DNA from: Candidatus Margulisiibacteriota bacterium
GTDB taxonomy: Bacteria; Margulisbacteria; WOR-1; O2-12-FULL-45-9
Direction of reading: 5' to 3'
DNA length: 64,000 bases
Assembly: GCA_034723395.1 (NCBI GenBank)
Contig: JAYEOW010000029.1
Coordinates: 32,001 to 96,000 of the forward strand
A program made the position numbers and the translations under genes. This document shows positions 48,538 to 60,481 of the stretch, in pieces (positions within the stretch are counted from its first letter, which is position 1; each line of letters begins with the position of its first letter). Under the pieces are notes generated by a model. It made no database searches. It was not told where the DNA came from and was given only the letters and a program-made list of their open reading frames with translations.

Positions 48538-50289
48538 TTATCGGACATTACTTTGGGCGATTTCACTTTTTAGGGCAGAAAGTAATTGTGAGACTTTTTG
48601 GGTCTCACCTTTTTTTTCTGCCTCCCGGATCTCTGTTTTTAAGATCTCTATTTTGTTTTTTTGCCGCACCCCTTTTATTACGTTTATGCAGTCTTCCATG
48701 ATCTGTTTGTCGTCGCTGCTATGGACCAATCGATCGCTCATTAATATTCCGGATAAGAACTTCCTGGTCCCTTCTTCCGGCAAGTTGTCCAGGATAAAAT
48801 GGGCCGGATTATTGTTTTCTGCTTCCGCAGAAAACATAAGTTCGGCGATCTTTTTTATGTCCGGGATAGAGAAATCGTCCACTTTTAGATGGTCTCTTAA
48901 TGTTTTTAACGATCCAGCATTTTGGGCGGCAATGGCAATGATCGTTTTTTCCGCTTCGTGGACCTTTGAGGCCGGCTTCTCGGTTTTTCTATGCAGCAAC
49001 CCTCTTCCCATCCTTTTATATTGTTTAGATCGCTTGGTTTCAGATAAGATCGTGTCCGTGCTTGTTTTGAGAACAGGAGCGATCAGTTTTGCATACTCTT
49101 TCTGGACAAAGGGATCTTTCTCGGTATTCAGCAAGGCGGAGACTTCTTGGAGTGCCTTTCCTCTCCCTTCGATCTCTTTAAGATTGTGGCGTAACAAGGT
49201 TCGATTGATTTTAAATTCAAGATAGGGGAGGGAAGAATTTAAGCATTGGTCAAATCCTTCCCTTCCCAACTTATTGATTATTTCATCGGGATCTTTTCCG
49301 CCCGAAAGTTTTGCAACCTTTACCTTTAATCCCTGGCCCCTGAGCAGTTCAATCGAACGCTCGGCCGCGATCCCGCCGGCCGCATCGGCGTCGAATCCCA
49401 GTATTACTGTATCGCAGTAGCGCGACAATAACTTGCACTGGTTAACGGTCAATGCTGTCCCCAAGGTGGCGACGATATTCGTGATCCCTGCTTGGAACGG
49501 GGTGATCAGATCAAAGTACCCTTCGACCATCACTGCGGTTTTGCTCTTCTTAATACTATCTTTCGAAAGATCCAAACCAAAAAGAGTTTCTCCTTTGTGA
49601 TAGATCAAGGTGTCGGAGGAATTCATGTACTTGGGCTCTTCATCCCCGAGCGATCTCCCGCCAAAAGCCAAGACCCTTCCGCGCTGGTCGCAGATGGTAA
49701 AGATCAAGCGGTTGCGGAAACGGTCGTAATAACCGCTTTTCCCTTCCCGGGCGAGGATCAAACCGCTCTTTTCGATCAGTTGGGGATCGACTCCGCGCGA
49801 TACCAGATGTTTGAAAAGATTATCCCAGCCGGGCAGGGCAAAACCCAAGCGGAAGGCTTCTTTTGTTTTATCGGTTATCTTTCTCTTCTTTAAATATGCC
49901 AGGGCCTCATCATTTAGATTACTTTGAAAATAATCGGCGGCGAGCTTCATGACCTGATAGAGCTTGTCTTTTTCGCCGCGCGAACGGCCTGCGGTCTTTG
50001 GCTTTGGAACATCTATCCCAACTTTTATCCCAAGTTCTTCAACTGCTTCGACAAAGCTGATATTTTCGATCTTCATTAAGAAGGCAAACGCGTTGCCCCC
50101 CTCGTTGCAGCCGAAACAATGGAAGATCTGTTTCTCAGGGGATACTGTAAACGAGGCATCCTTTTCCGCGTGAAAAGGGCAGAGACCGAGGTAGTTCTTC
50201 CCCCGCTTTTTTAACTGGACAAATTCGGATATCACTTTTACGATATCCGATTTATTTCTTATCTCTTCAATTATATGAGCTGGAATCAT
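48538..50289 (-). CDS. dnaG: DNA primase
   Basis: CPFH..CFGC zinc finger, EGYFD, FDADAAG and KDPDE motifs. Confidence 0.97.
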   Translation of the reverse strand: MIPAHIIEEIRNKSDIVKVISEFVQLKKRGKNYLGLCPFHAEKDASFTVSPEKQIFHCFGCNEGGNAFAFLMKIENISFVEAVEELGIKVGIDVPKPKTAGRSRGEKDKLYQVMKLAADYFQSNLNDEALAYLKKRKITDKTKEAFRLGFALPGWDNLFKHLVSRGVDPQLIEKSGLILAREGKSGYYDRFRNRLIFTICDQRGRVLAFGGRSLGDEEPKYMNSSDTLIYHKGETLFGLDLSKDSIKKSKTAVMVEGYFDLITPFQAGITNIVATLGTALTVNQCKLLSRYCDTVILGFDADAAGGIAAERSIELLRGQGLKVKVAKLSGGKDPDEIINKLGREGFDQCLNSSLPYLEFKINRTLLRHNLKEIEGRGKALQEVSALLNTEKDPFVQKEYAKLIAPVLKTSTDTILSETKRSKQYKRMGRGLLHRKTEKPASKVHEAEKTIIAIAAQNAGSLKTLRDHLKVDDFSIPDIKKIAELMFSAEAENNNPAHFILDNLPEEGTRKFLSGILMSDRLVHSSDDKQIMEDCINVIKGVRQKNKIEILKTEIREAEKKGETQKVSQLLSALKSEIAQSNVR

Positions 50290-50292
50290 AGA

Positions 50293-51290
50293 TTAGTTTT
50301 CGGTTCTCCATTCAACAGGGACGAACAGCTCGGAGAATTTGTTAATGGCATAGCGGTCGGTCATTCCGGCGATAAAATCTATCGTGTGTTGGAGTTGGCG
50401 GTCTTCACCTCGGATCCCCTTTTGGAAATATTTATCATAGTGATAGTGCCTAAAAAGATGGCGCATCAGGATCGGGACCTTGGATTCTTCTCTTTTAGCG
50501 ACCGGATTGGTATAAACGTTCTTATACATAAAATCATAAAGTCCATCCATTGCGTTTTGTACGTTTCTGCTCATTTTTATTTTATTTTTTTCAAGCGAGT
50601 GTTTGATAATATCCGGTACGATAGAATCTAAAATATTTTCACCTAAAACCTTCATGTGTTTTCGCGGGAGATCTTTTTTGGCCAAAACTCCCGCGGTGAT
50701 CGCGTCTTCAATATCGTGCCTCAGATATGCGATCCGGTCGGCCAGCCGAACAATGCATCCTTCAAGCGTTTTCGGCCAGGGATCGTTGGGGGTGTGATTT
50801 CTGATCCCATCGATTACCTCACAGGTTAAGTTGAGCCCTTTACCATGTTTTTCTAACACTTCAACCACCCGAGCGCTTTGTTCGTTATGAAAAAAGCGCT
50901 TCCCGTAATTTTCGCGCAATATATCGTCGAGAGCAAATTCCCCGGCGTGCCCAAACGGGGTGTGTCCAAGGTCGTGTCCCAGGGCGATCGCTTCGGCCAA
51001 GTCTTCGTTCAGTGCCAGGGCGCGGGCGATCGTGCGTGCGATCTGGGCAACCTCGATCGTATGGGTAAGCCGTGTCCTAAAGTGATCCTCGGCGGGAGAG
51101 ATGAATACCTGAGTTTTATGTTTGAGCCTCCGGAATGATTTACAATGAAGGATCTTATCCCGATCGCGCTGGTAGGCGGTCCGGATATCGCACTCTTTTT
51201 CCGGCCGCTTCCTCCCTTTACTTTGGGATGAGAGGGCCGCATAGCGCGAGAGCTCTTTTTTCTCTCGCGCTTCTAACTCTTTGCGGATTA

Positions 51291-51294
<4 letters not shown>
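50293..51294 (-). CDS. dgt: Deoxyguanosinetriphosphate triphosphohydrolase-like HD protein
   Basis: [17 protein letters not shown] and [13 protein letters not shown] motifs. Confidence 0.93.
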
Positions 51295-53993
<2,699 letters not shown>

Positions 53994-54021
53994 TTTTCCT
54001 TACCTTCCTTTCTTTTTATTG

Positions 54022-54093
54022 TGGAGCTGAGGGGATTTGAACCCCTGACCTCTTGACTGCCAGTCAAGCGTTCTCCCGCTGAACTACAGCCCC
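54022..54093 (-). tRNA. tRNA-Ala(GGC)
   Basis: GGGGCTG...CAGCTCCA with G3:U70; CTTGA-CT-GGC-AG-TCAAG anticodon arm. Confidence 0.95.
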
Positions 54094-54103
54094 ACGGTTT
54101 TGT

Positions 54104-54445
54104 CTAATAGTGATAAATGATCGCTTCTTTTTCCCAAAGTTCTTCTAAATTGTAATATTCGCGCTCTTCTTTGCCCATTACATGGACAACGATATTGCCT
54201 AAGTCGAGGATTATCCAGCCTGATTTGACCAATCCTTCCCACCGGAAACCTCTAATTTTATTCGATCTGAGCTGTTTGTCAATCTCTTTCTCGATTGCCC
54301 TGATTTGCACGCTCGAATCACCGCTGCAGATGATCAGGTAATCCAGAATGTTCGAAACCTTACGAACGTCCAGGATCTTAAGGTTGTTGGCCTTTTTACC
54401 TTCGGCTGCTTTGGCAATTATTTCGATAACCGTCTCTCTTTTCAC
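54104..54445 (-). CDS. rsfS: Ribosome silencing factor
   Basis: KKA..I.ILDV, WIILDLGNIVVHVM and YYNLEELW motifs. Confidence 0.95.
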   Translation of the reverse strand: MKRETVIEIIAKAAEGKKANNLKILDVRKVSNILDYLIICSGDSSVQIRAIEKEIDKQLRSNKIRGFRWEGLVKSGWIILDLGNIVVHVMGKEEREYYNLEELWEKEAIIYHY

Positions 54446-55314
54446 GTTTTTGAACCTGCCTTAAAGATTTCGGTCATATTTTTAATCTTATTTAAGTTTG
54501 GTTTTAGATAATAAATCCCATCTACCATCATGTCCGATCCGGGGAGGGTTTTCATTGATATATTTCCGAGCTCTACCGCATCCCTGACTCCCAGACCAAG
54601 TCCGAGAGACTGTCTCGAATTCAGATTAGTATGGAGATAGGAGAGTAGGGTCAAAAACAACTTGGGCGAGCGGAGGATATTGTCCCTTTTTAACATCTCT
54701 TTCGCCATTGACCGTAAGAAATGCTGTTGGCGCCCGATGCGTTTGAAATCCCCCCCATCTTTACGATATCTAAGATAGCCCATAACCTGTTTGCCGGATA
54801 ATCTCTGCTGTCCCGGTTTCAAATCAATGTATAATCCGCCGGCATAATCGACGTAATACATCCGCTTCTCAACATTAACCGGGACTCCGCCCAGGTCGTC
54901 GATAATATTGACGATCCCGGCTAGATCGACCACAATGTGGTAGGGGATTTTGATTTCCAATAGGTTCTCGACAGTTTTTTTAGAGAGCTCTACTCCGCCG
55001 TAGGCATAAGCATGGTTTATTTTATCTAACCCCCGCCCCGGCAGGACGGCAAGCGTATCTCTAGGGATCGAGATCAGGGTCGCTCTTTTGGCTGCCGGAT
55101 CGGAATTTAATACCATGATCGTATCGGAACGGTGTCCATAGGCGCTGTCAACTCCGAGGACTAAAATGTTCGCTTTGGAAAAAGATTGATTTGAGGGGGC
55201 AAGGCTCAAAAAAAGCTCGAACAGGGCCAGTTTTGAGGCGATCGCCATAGTAAAACCGATAACTATTGAGAAGACGATGGTAATTGACAAGCTTATTATT
55301 ACAAATTTCTTCAT
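54442..55314 (-). CDS. LytR-CpsA-Psr (LCP) family protein
   Basis: ILVLGVD, RSDTIM, SIPRDT, KINHAY and RIGRQQ motifs. Confidence 0.93.
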   Translation of the reverse strand: MKKFVIISLSITIVFSIVIGFTMAIASKLALFELFLSLAPSNQSFSKANILVLGVDSAYGHRSDTIMVLNSDPAAKRATLISIPRDTLAVLPGRGLDKINHAYAYGGVELSKKTVENLLEIKIPYHIVVDLAGIVNIIDDLGGVPVNVEKRMYYVDYAGGLYIDLKPGQQRLSGKQVMGYLRYRKDGGDFKRIGRQQHFLRSMAKEMLKRDNILRSPKLFLTLLSYLHTNLNSRQSLGLGLGVRDAVELGNISMKTLPGSDMMVDGIYYLKPNLNKIKNMTEIFKAGSKT

Positions 55315-55874
55315 GTTTTTAGTAAATAATGGTTTCGGGTCTCAACCGTGCCGGGATGGAACGGAAGCCCTTTTTTTAATAAAAAGCTGAGCATTTGTGT
55401 TGATGTCTCAACTACCGCCCGATCAAGGTCTTTAAAGGCCAAGCGCCTGCTTTTATTAACGCCGGGAAGGTTTCGTCCTTCTTCGATGTGGTCGGCGAGG
55501 TAGATGATCTTCTCAATTTTGCTCATCCCCGGAGCGCCGATCGTGTGCCTCCTTATCGCATCAAGGATATCTCTTGACCTTACCCCAAAATCTTTTTTTG
55601 CCAAACGCGCGCTCAGTTCGGCGTGCAGGAGCTTTGGCTCGAATCGGCTGATCGGGTCGATCTTCATTTTAAACCGGCGTGCTTCCTTTAACATTCCGCT
55701 TCTTGAAAATTTTCGGGCGTAATCGTGTAAAAGGGCGGCCAAACTAGCTTTTTGGATGGAGACTTTATGGCGTTTAGCAAGTGCAACGGCAGTTTTTTCT
55801 ACCCTTAAACTATGTTCAAATCTATCCCGCGCAAGCGCTTCCCTTAGTTTGTTAATTATTTCTGGTTTTTTCAC
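55311..55874 (-). CDS. yqeK: YqeK HD-domain Ap4A hydrolase
   Basis: RFEHSLRV, LLHDYA, AIRRHT and YLADHIE motifs; yqeK-LCP-rsfS synteny. Confidence 0.9.
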   Translation of the reverse strand: MKKPEIINKLREALARDRFEHSLRVEKTAVALAKRHKVSIQKASLAALLHDYARKFSRSGMLKEARRFKMKIDPISRFEPKLLHAELSARLAKKDFGVRSRDILDAIRRHTIGAPGMSKIEKIIYLADHIEEGRNLPGVNKSRRLAFKDLDRAVVETSTQMLSFLLKKGLPFHPGTVETRNHYLLKT

Positions 55875-55942
55875 AAAAAATAAACCAAGACTAGCGCCCT
55901 GGCAAGGTTGATATTATAACAGCTTTAAAGATTATCTGTCAA
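55875..55942 (-). promoter_or_regulatory. Consensus sigma70 promoter followed by a short terminator-like leader
   Basis: TTGACA-N18-TATAAT (55942-55913), then CCAGGGC-GCTA-GTCTTGG + TTTATTTTTT directly before the yqeK GTG. Confidence 0.6.
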
Positions 55943-56017
55943 TCCCTCACCCCCTTTTTCCCCCTAGAGGGATGTTGAAGAAACGTAATCATTATGTAAT
56001 AATTGGGTGAGGGCAAA

Positions 56018-56758
56018 ATGAACGATTTAGCAGTTATTATATTAGCAGCTGGTAAGGGGTCACGGATGAGATCGGACCTCCCAAAGGTGTTCCATGAGAT
56101 ACTGGGAGAGCCGATGCTTACCTATACCCTGGAATCGGTAAAAAAGCTCTCTCCGCAGCGGACGTTATTGGTGGTTGGCCATAAGCGGGAGCTGATTATG
56201 GATTATTATAAGGATTGGGAGCTAAAATTCGTCGTTCAGGATGAGCAATTGGGTACCGGACACGCGGTTATGCAGGCGAAGCCGTTCCTGGACGATTTTG
56301 ATGGGAGAGTCCTGATCGTAAACGGCGATGTTCCTTTGATCACTGATGTCACCCTCCGAAAACTGGTCGATTTTCATATCGAAAACAAGGCGGCGGCGAC
56401 CGATCTTACCGCGGTTTTGGATGATGCCGGAAATTACGGGCGAATTGTTCGAAAAGAGAATGGGGAGGTTGTTAAGATCGTTGAAAAAAAGGATGCCTCG
56501 CCCGAAGAGTTAAAGATCAACGAGATCAATACGGGCACTTTCTGTTTTAATAAAAAGGCTTTATATCTCGCTTTGGCTGAAGTCCGCGCCGAAAACGCGC
56601 AAAAAGAGTATTATTTAACCGATACGATCGAAATTTTACAGAAGAAGAACCTTCCGGTTTATGCGTTCCGTGCGGATGATCCAAATGAGACTTTGGGAGT
56701 TAATACCAAAGAAGAATTAGTTGGGATCGAAAAGATCCTTTTAAGCCGCGAAACGTAA
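56018..56758 (+). CDS. GlmU-like nucleotidyltransferase, N-terminal domain only
   Basis: LAAGKGSRM..LPK, QLGTGHAV, YGRIVR, EYYLTD and GVN motifs; no hexapeptide-repeat domain. Confidence 0.9.
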   Translation: MNDLAVIILAAGKGSRMRSDLPKVFHEILGEPMLTYTLESVKKLSPQRTLLVVGHKRELIMDYYKDWELKFVVQDEQLGTGHAVMQAKPFLDDFDGRVLIVNGDVPLITDVTLRKLVDFHIENKAAATDLTAVLDDAGNYGRIVRKENGEVVKIVEKKDASPEELKINEINTGTFCFNKKALYLALAEVRAENAQKEYYLTDTIEILQKKNLPVYAFRADDPNETLGVNTKEELVGIEKILLSRET

Positions 56759-56771
56759 TTTCCCCAAAAGC

Positions 56772-56799
56772 TGAAATTTTTTCCTGAACTTTCCGAAAG
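56772..56799 (+). promoter_or_regulatory. Conserved motif copy 2 (sigma28-like promoter)
   Basis: TGAAATTT-N14-CGAAAG, ending 9 nt before the ATG at 56809. Confidence 0.6.
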
Positions 56800-56808
56800 T
56801 TATTTGCC

Positions 56809-59800
56809 ATGTCACGTATAACAAAAAACAATGGTGGAAGAGCTGTGTTTCCTCGGGCAATAGCTCTTCATGCTAGAAGAGGATTGTTTAACGATCCAAC
56901 TGCGCGAAAATTCCTCAAGCCGATCTTAAAATTTTGGAAAACGGGCAGAATGGAGCCTTCCTCAAAAGATCTGTTGGCGGTTGAGCGGGAGGCAATTCTT
57001 ACGGTTGGAGTTGAAGCGGATTTGAGGAATCTGGCAACCTGCCGCCGAAAAGCCTTAGAAGGATTAGGGTCGAAAAACAGAGAAGAGTATATTAACTTAT
57101 TAATTTCCCTTGGCGCGTGTTACAGGAAAGAGGGGGAACTTGAGGATGCACAACGTCTGCTCCAGGGAATCAGCTTAGTAGAGCCGGGGAATTGGTTGGT
57201 AAAAGCAGAGTTGGGAATTGTTTGTGGATTGCGAGGAAAGTTAGAATTATCTGTCCGATATTTTAAAGAAGCAGACTCGGTCCTGGAAGCATATGATCGG
57301 GAATATGAGGTGGAGGTGGCGGAAAGATGGGAGGCAGCCTCTTTTCGAGCGCGTTTTGAGGCCTTACTTGCGATAGAAAATGATAAAGGAATTAGCCAAG
57401 CGCGACTCTCCGACATCCTTGCTCCGGTTTTAACTTTTCCCGAGGGATTGGAACTTAACGGTATCAAACAATTTTTTTACCAAAAGTTTGAGCGTGCATT
57501 TATCGCTTTGCTGCAAAGCAAAGCTCCGTTCGACCTGTTTTTTAACCTGTTTTATCGAGGAATAAAAGGAGAAAAAGATGGGGTGGCCGCAATGGCCTCG
57601 GGAGAGTGGCCGGTCGATGGGAATAGGCTGCTAAAAGAGAGCCAGATGGTTGTGCTTAAGGTGTTGACAAAAAGCGAGAGGGAGATTGATGCGGTCCAGT
57701 TGAAGGATTTATTCGGCGCCGAAAAAGATAGCAAATCGGCGATAACGGTTTATGTTCGGATGAGAGTGCGCGCACTATTAGGAAAGGGGCGGCTAGATGC
57801 CGCTTGTGTGCTTTGGCAGGAAGTCAAAAACAATAAATTGGTTTCTCCCGCCGTGTTGAAGGCCCTCCGTTCCGAATTGAGGGCTGGGGAAAAGAAGCTG
57901 CGGCAGGATGCGGTGATGGACCAGGCTTCGGAATTTCTGCGCCAATTGGAGTTTTTTCAGAAAGCCGGGAATGAAGAGAAACTGCTTAATGAGCATGGGA
58001 AGCTGGCGGACCAAGCTGCTAGATTGTTGGAGGTTGCCGAGGAAGAGACAAAGGATGCGGTAAGAGAAGCGTTGATCGAGTTTGTCGAGTTTAACCTCCG
58101 GACGGCAAAGACTTTGCAGGGAGCGGTCCTATTGGCAGACCGCCTGATCGAATTTGGAGATGAAATTGCGCAAGGAGTTAAAAAGATTTTTAATGAAAAG
58201 CTTAGCCATGATGGATCAAGAAAGCTTTTCATGGCGGGCCTGGCTAGCGCGAAGGTACAGGTGATCTCGCTTGGGACTATGCTGGCAAAGGGCAATATCC
58301 CGGTAGACGTTACATTTAAAGCTGTGAAAATTTCTAAGAAGAAGAGCCTAAAAATTCCCAATAACGCGGAGTTTAACAAAGTAAAAAGGTTCTTTGATTT
58401 CTTTTTTGTCCGTTTTAGAGAGCATCCCAGGATGCGGACAATGGCGGGAAAGATCGATGTCCCTTTTGCCGAGCCGATTAGCATGGAATCTTTCTGGTTT
58501 TGTTTTATGGCCGCTTTTGACAGCAACATCCATGACCGGACCCATACCTTTGAACTGGCGTTAAGGCTGGACCCAAATAATGTTGTTGCCAAAATGGAGA
58601 TAGCGCGCCAATATCTTGCCCTTAAACAGGCCGTCCGCGCTGAGAGGCAGATCGATGAGGTGTTGGAAAAACTTGATCACCCTGCCGGTGTTTTTAAGGC
58701 GCTTACCATTAAGATAATGGCGGTTTGCCAGAAGCTGGCTGCGGCTAATGTCCGGGGTGAGAGATTGGTTGGGATGGTTGGGGAAAATGAAAAGCTTTTT
58801 CAAAGAGCGGAAAGGGAATACGAAAAAATTGCTCCGGAGTTGCGCAGCTCGCCGCTGATTGCGGATGAACTGCGGGGGCTCAACCAGACCCTTGGACAGA
58901 TATATACGATGGCGCGTGATTTTGGTAAGGCAGTGGCCTATTACGACAAGACCTTGGAGAGCCGTCCGGGCGGCAAGGTCTATGAGTTGGCGATGCGGGC
59001 CAAAACCCATTCGCTTTTACTTGAAGGGAAATTTCCGCGGGCGGTCGACTTCTTGTCCCGTCAGATCGCGGAGCTGGCCAAGGACGTGAACCGCCCGATC
59101 CCGGCATCTTTGTATTTTTATTTCGCGGAGGCGATGTTCCATGTAAAATCGCACAAACACGCGCTGACCGCGATCAACCGCGCGCTCGGGATTAAAAAGA
59201 GGCTCGACCTCATACTTGCGAAGGTCCGTATATTGGCGGCGGCAGGGAAAGTTAGACAGGCGGAGATGATGCTTGATCTTTATGCCGGCCAGGATGCTCA
59301 AGAAACCGGCAAAAAGGGGGAAGAAGGTTCCAAATTTCTTAGGGGACTGCGTGCTTTAGCGGACGCGGAGATCTATCTGGCCAAGGATCGTCCGCAAGCG
59401 GCCATTAAAGCGTTTGAACTGGCGATCAAACTTTTTTCCGGTAATTACAATACGGAGTTTAGGGAGATAGAGTCGAGGTACTATCTGGTTAATCTTATTT
59501 CGCGGATGGCTGTGGAGGCCGGGAACCAAGGACTTGTCCGCCGCGCGGTCGAAGAGGGAGAGAAGCTTTTGCGAAAATATCCTTTTTTTCCGCCGGCCCG
59601 TCAAGTTATGGTTGGTCCGCTGATGATCTTCGGTAAAGAGTCGGAGGCGTTGGGGCACATCCAATGGCTGGTAAAGCAATCTGGCCGGGGGGTATCGAGC
59701 GATATCCTGGCAAACTTGATCATCAGCGTATTTTCGGAGAACGAGGCAATACAAGAAAAGGCGATTGCGCTCTTTGTCCAGGTAAGGAAGGATACGGCGG

Positions 59801-59928
59801 ATGAGGCGTTCCCGGGAATTTACAAAGCGGCTAAACAGGCGGTCAGATTAATTGCAGCGGACTGGAGCGAAATGCATGACCGGCGGCTGGACGATGTCCT
59901 GGCGGCGGATACTGCACCCAGGCAATAA
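56809..59928 (+). CDS. Large TPR-containing orphan protein (1039 aa)
   Basis: TPR-like units (LGACYRKEGELEDA, LRLDPNNVVA, LGQIYTMARDFGKAVAYYDKTL). Confidence 0.8.
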   Translation: MSRITKNNGGRAVFPRAIALHARRGLFNDPTARKFLKPILKFWKTGRMEPSSKDLLAVEREAILTVGVEADLRNLATCRRKALEGLGSKNREEYINLLISLGACYRKEGELEDAQRLLQGISLVEPGNWLVKAELGIVCGLRGKLELSVRYFKEADSVLEAYDREYEVEVAERWEAASFRARFEALLAIENDKGISQARLSDILAPVLTFPEGLELNGIKQFFYQKFERAFIALLQSKAPFDLFFNLFYRGIKGEKDGVAAMASGEWPVDGNRLLKESQMVVLKVLTKSEREIDAVQLKDLFGAEKDSKSAITVYVRMRVRALLGKGRLDAACVLWQEVKNNKLVSPAVLKALRSELRAGEKKLRQDAVMDQASEFLRQLEFFQKAGNEEKLLNEHGKLADQAARLLEVAEEETKDAVREALIEFVEFNLRTAKTLQGAVLLADRLIEFGDEIAQGVKKIFNEKLSHDGSRKLFMAGLASAKVQVISLGTMLAKGNIPVDVTFKAVKISKKKSLKIPNNAEFNKVKRFFDFFFVRFREHPRMRTMAGKIDVPFAEPISMESFWFCFMAAFDSNIHDRTHTFELALRLDPNNVVAKMEIARQYLALKQAVRAERQIDEVLEKLDHPAGVFKALTIKIMAVCQKLAAANVRGERLVGMVGENEKLFQRAEREYEKIAPELRSSPLIADELRGLNQTLGQIYTMARDFGKAVAYYDKTLESRPGGKVYELAMRAKTHSLLLEGKFPRAVDFLSRQIAELAKDVNRPIPASLYFYFAEAMFHVKSHKHALTAINRALGIKKRLDLILAKVRILAAAGKVRQAEMMLDLYAGQDAQETGKKGEEGSKFLRGLRALADAEIYLAKDRPQAAIKAFELAIKLFSGNYNTEFREIESRYYLVNLISRMAVEAGNQGLVRRAVEEGEKLLRKYPFFPPARQVMVGPLMIFGKESEALGHIQWLVKQSGRGVSSDILANLIISVFSENEAIQEKAIALFVQVRKDTADEAFPGIYKAAKQAVRLIAADWSEMHDRRLDDVLAADTAPRQ

Positions 59929-59970
59929 AGCGGCTGTTTACCTCGGGGCTCCGCTTATTTTAAAATAAAG

Positions 59971-59998
59971 TGAAATTTCCTGTGAATCAGCCCGATAA
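59971..59998 (+). promoter_or_regulatory. Conserved motif copy 3 (sigma28-like promoter)
   Basis: TGAAATTT-N14-CGATAA (context CCCGATAAT). Confidence 0.7.
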
Positions 59999-60019
59999 TA
60001 ATTTGGAGGCTGTTTAAAT

Positions 60020-60427
60020 ATGAGTGTAGTTAATTTAGCTATAACCGCTACGACTATTCATAGGGCGTTAGCTAAAAGAAAAATGTCTTATCCCTATTCG
60101 TGCCTTTTGAACCATCGTCTTTCGCCGACGATAAGGGCGCTGAAAAAATTGGCCAATATAGATCCGGTAAGATATACTGCCTATCAGGAGATGATTGATT
60201 TTCTGGTCAATATCGCGAAAAGCCAAAAAGTCAAGGTAAAGCTTACCTTGCATATTCCAGGCCTTGCCGCGTTACGGGTAATTGATGTGGAGAGATTGAT
60301 GGAAGATTCGGATGCCCGCAGGGATATTGTTAAACGTTGCTACCTCCCGACCAAAGGGATAATCGATCTCAGACCGCTGATTTTTATCAATAAATTATAC
60401 ACTCCAGGGATCAAGGCCGCGCTTTAA
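60020..60427 (+). CDS. Orphan basic protein (135 aa)
   Basis: GGAGG Shine-Dalgarno; preceded by the conserved motif. Confidence 0.65.
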   Translation: MSVVNLAITATTIHRALAKRKMSYPYSCLLNHRLSPTIRALKKLANIDPVRYTAYQEMIDFLVNIAKSQKVKVKLTLHIPGLAALRVIDVERLMEDSDARRDIVKRCYLPTKGIIDLRPLIFINKLYTPGIKAAL

Positions 60428-60446
60428 ATATATTTGCTATTTTACC

Positions 60447-60474
60447 TGAAATTTTTGTTGTAACCCCACGATGA
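60447..60474 (+). promoter_or_regulatory. Conserved motif copy 4 (sigma28-like promoter)
   Basis: TGAAATTT-N14-CGATGA, ending 7 nt before the ATG at 60482. Confidence 0.7.
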
Positions 60475-60481
60475 ATGTTAT

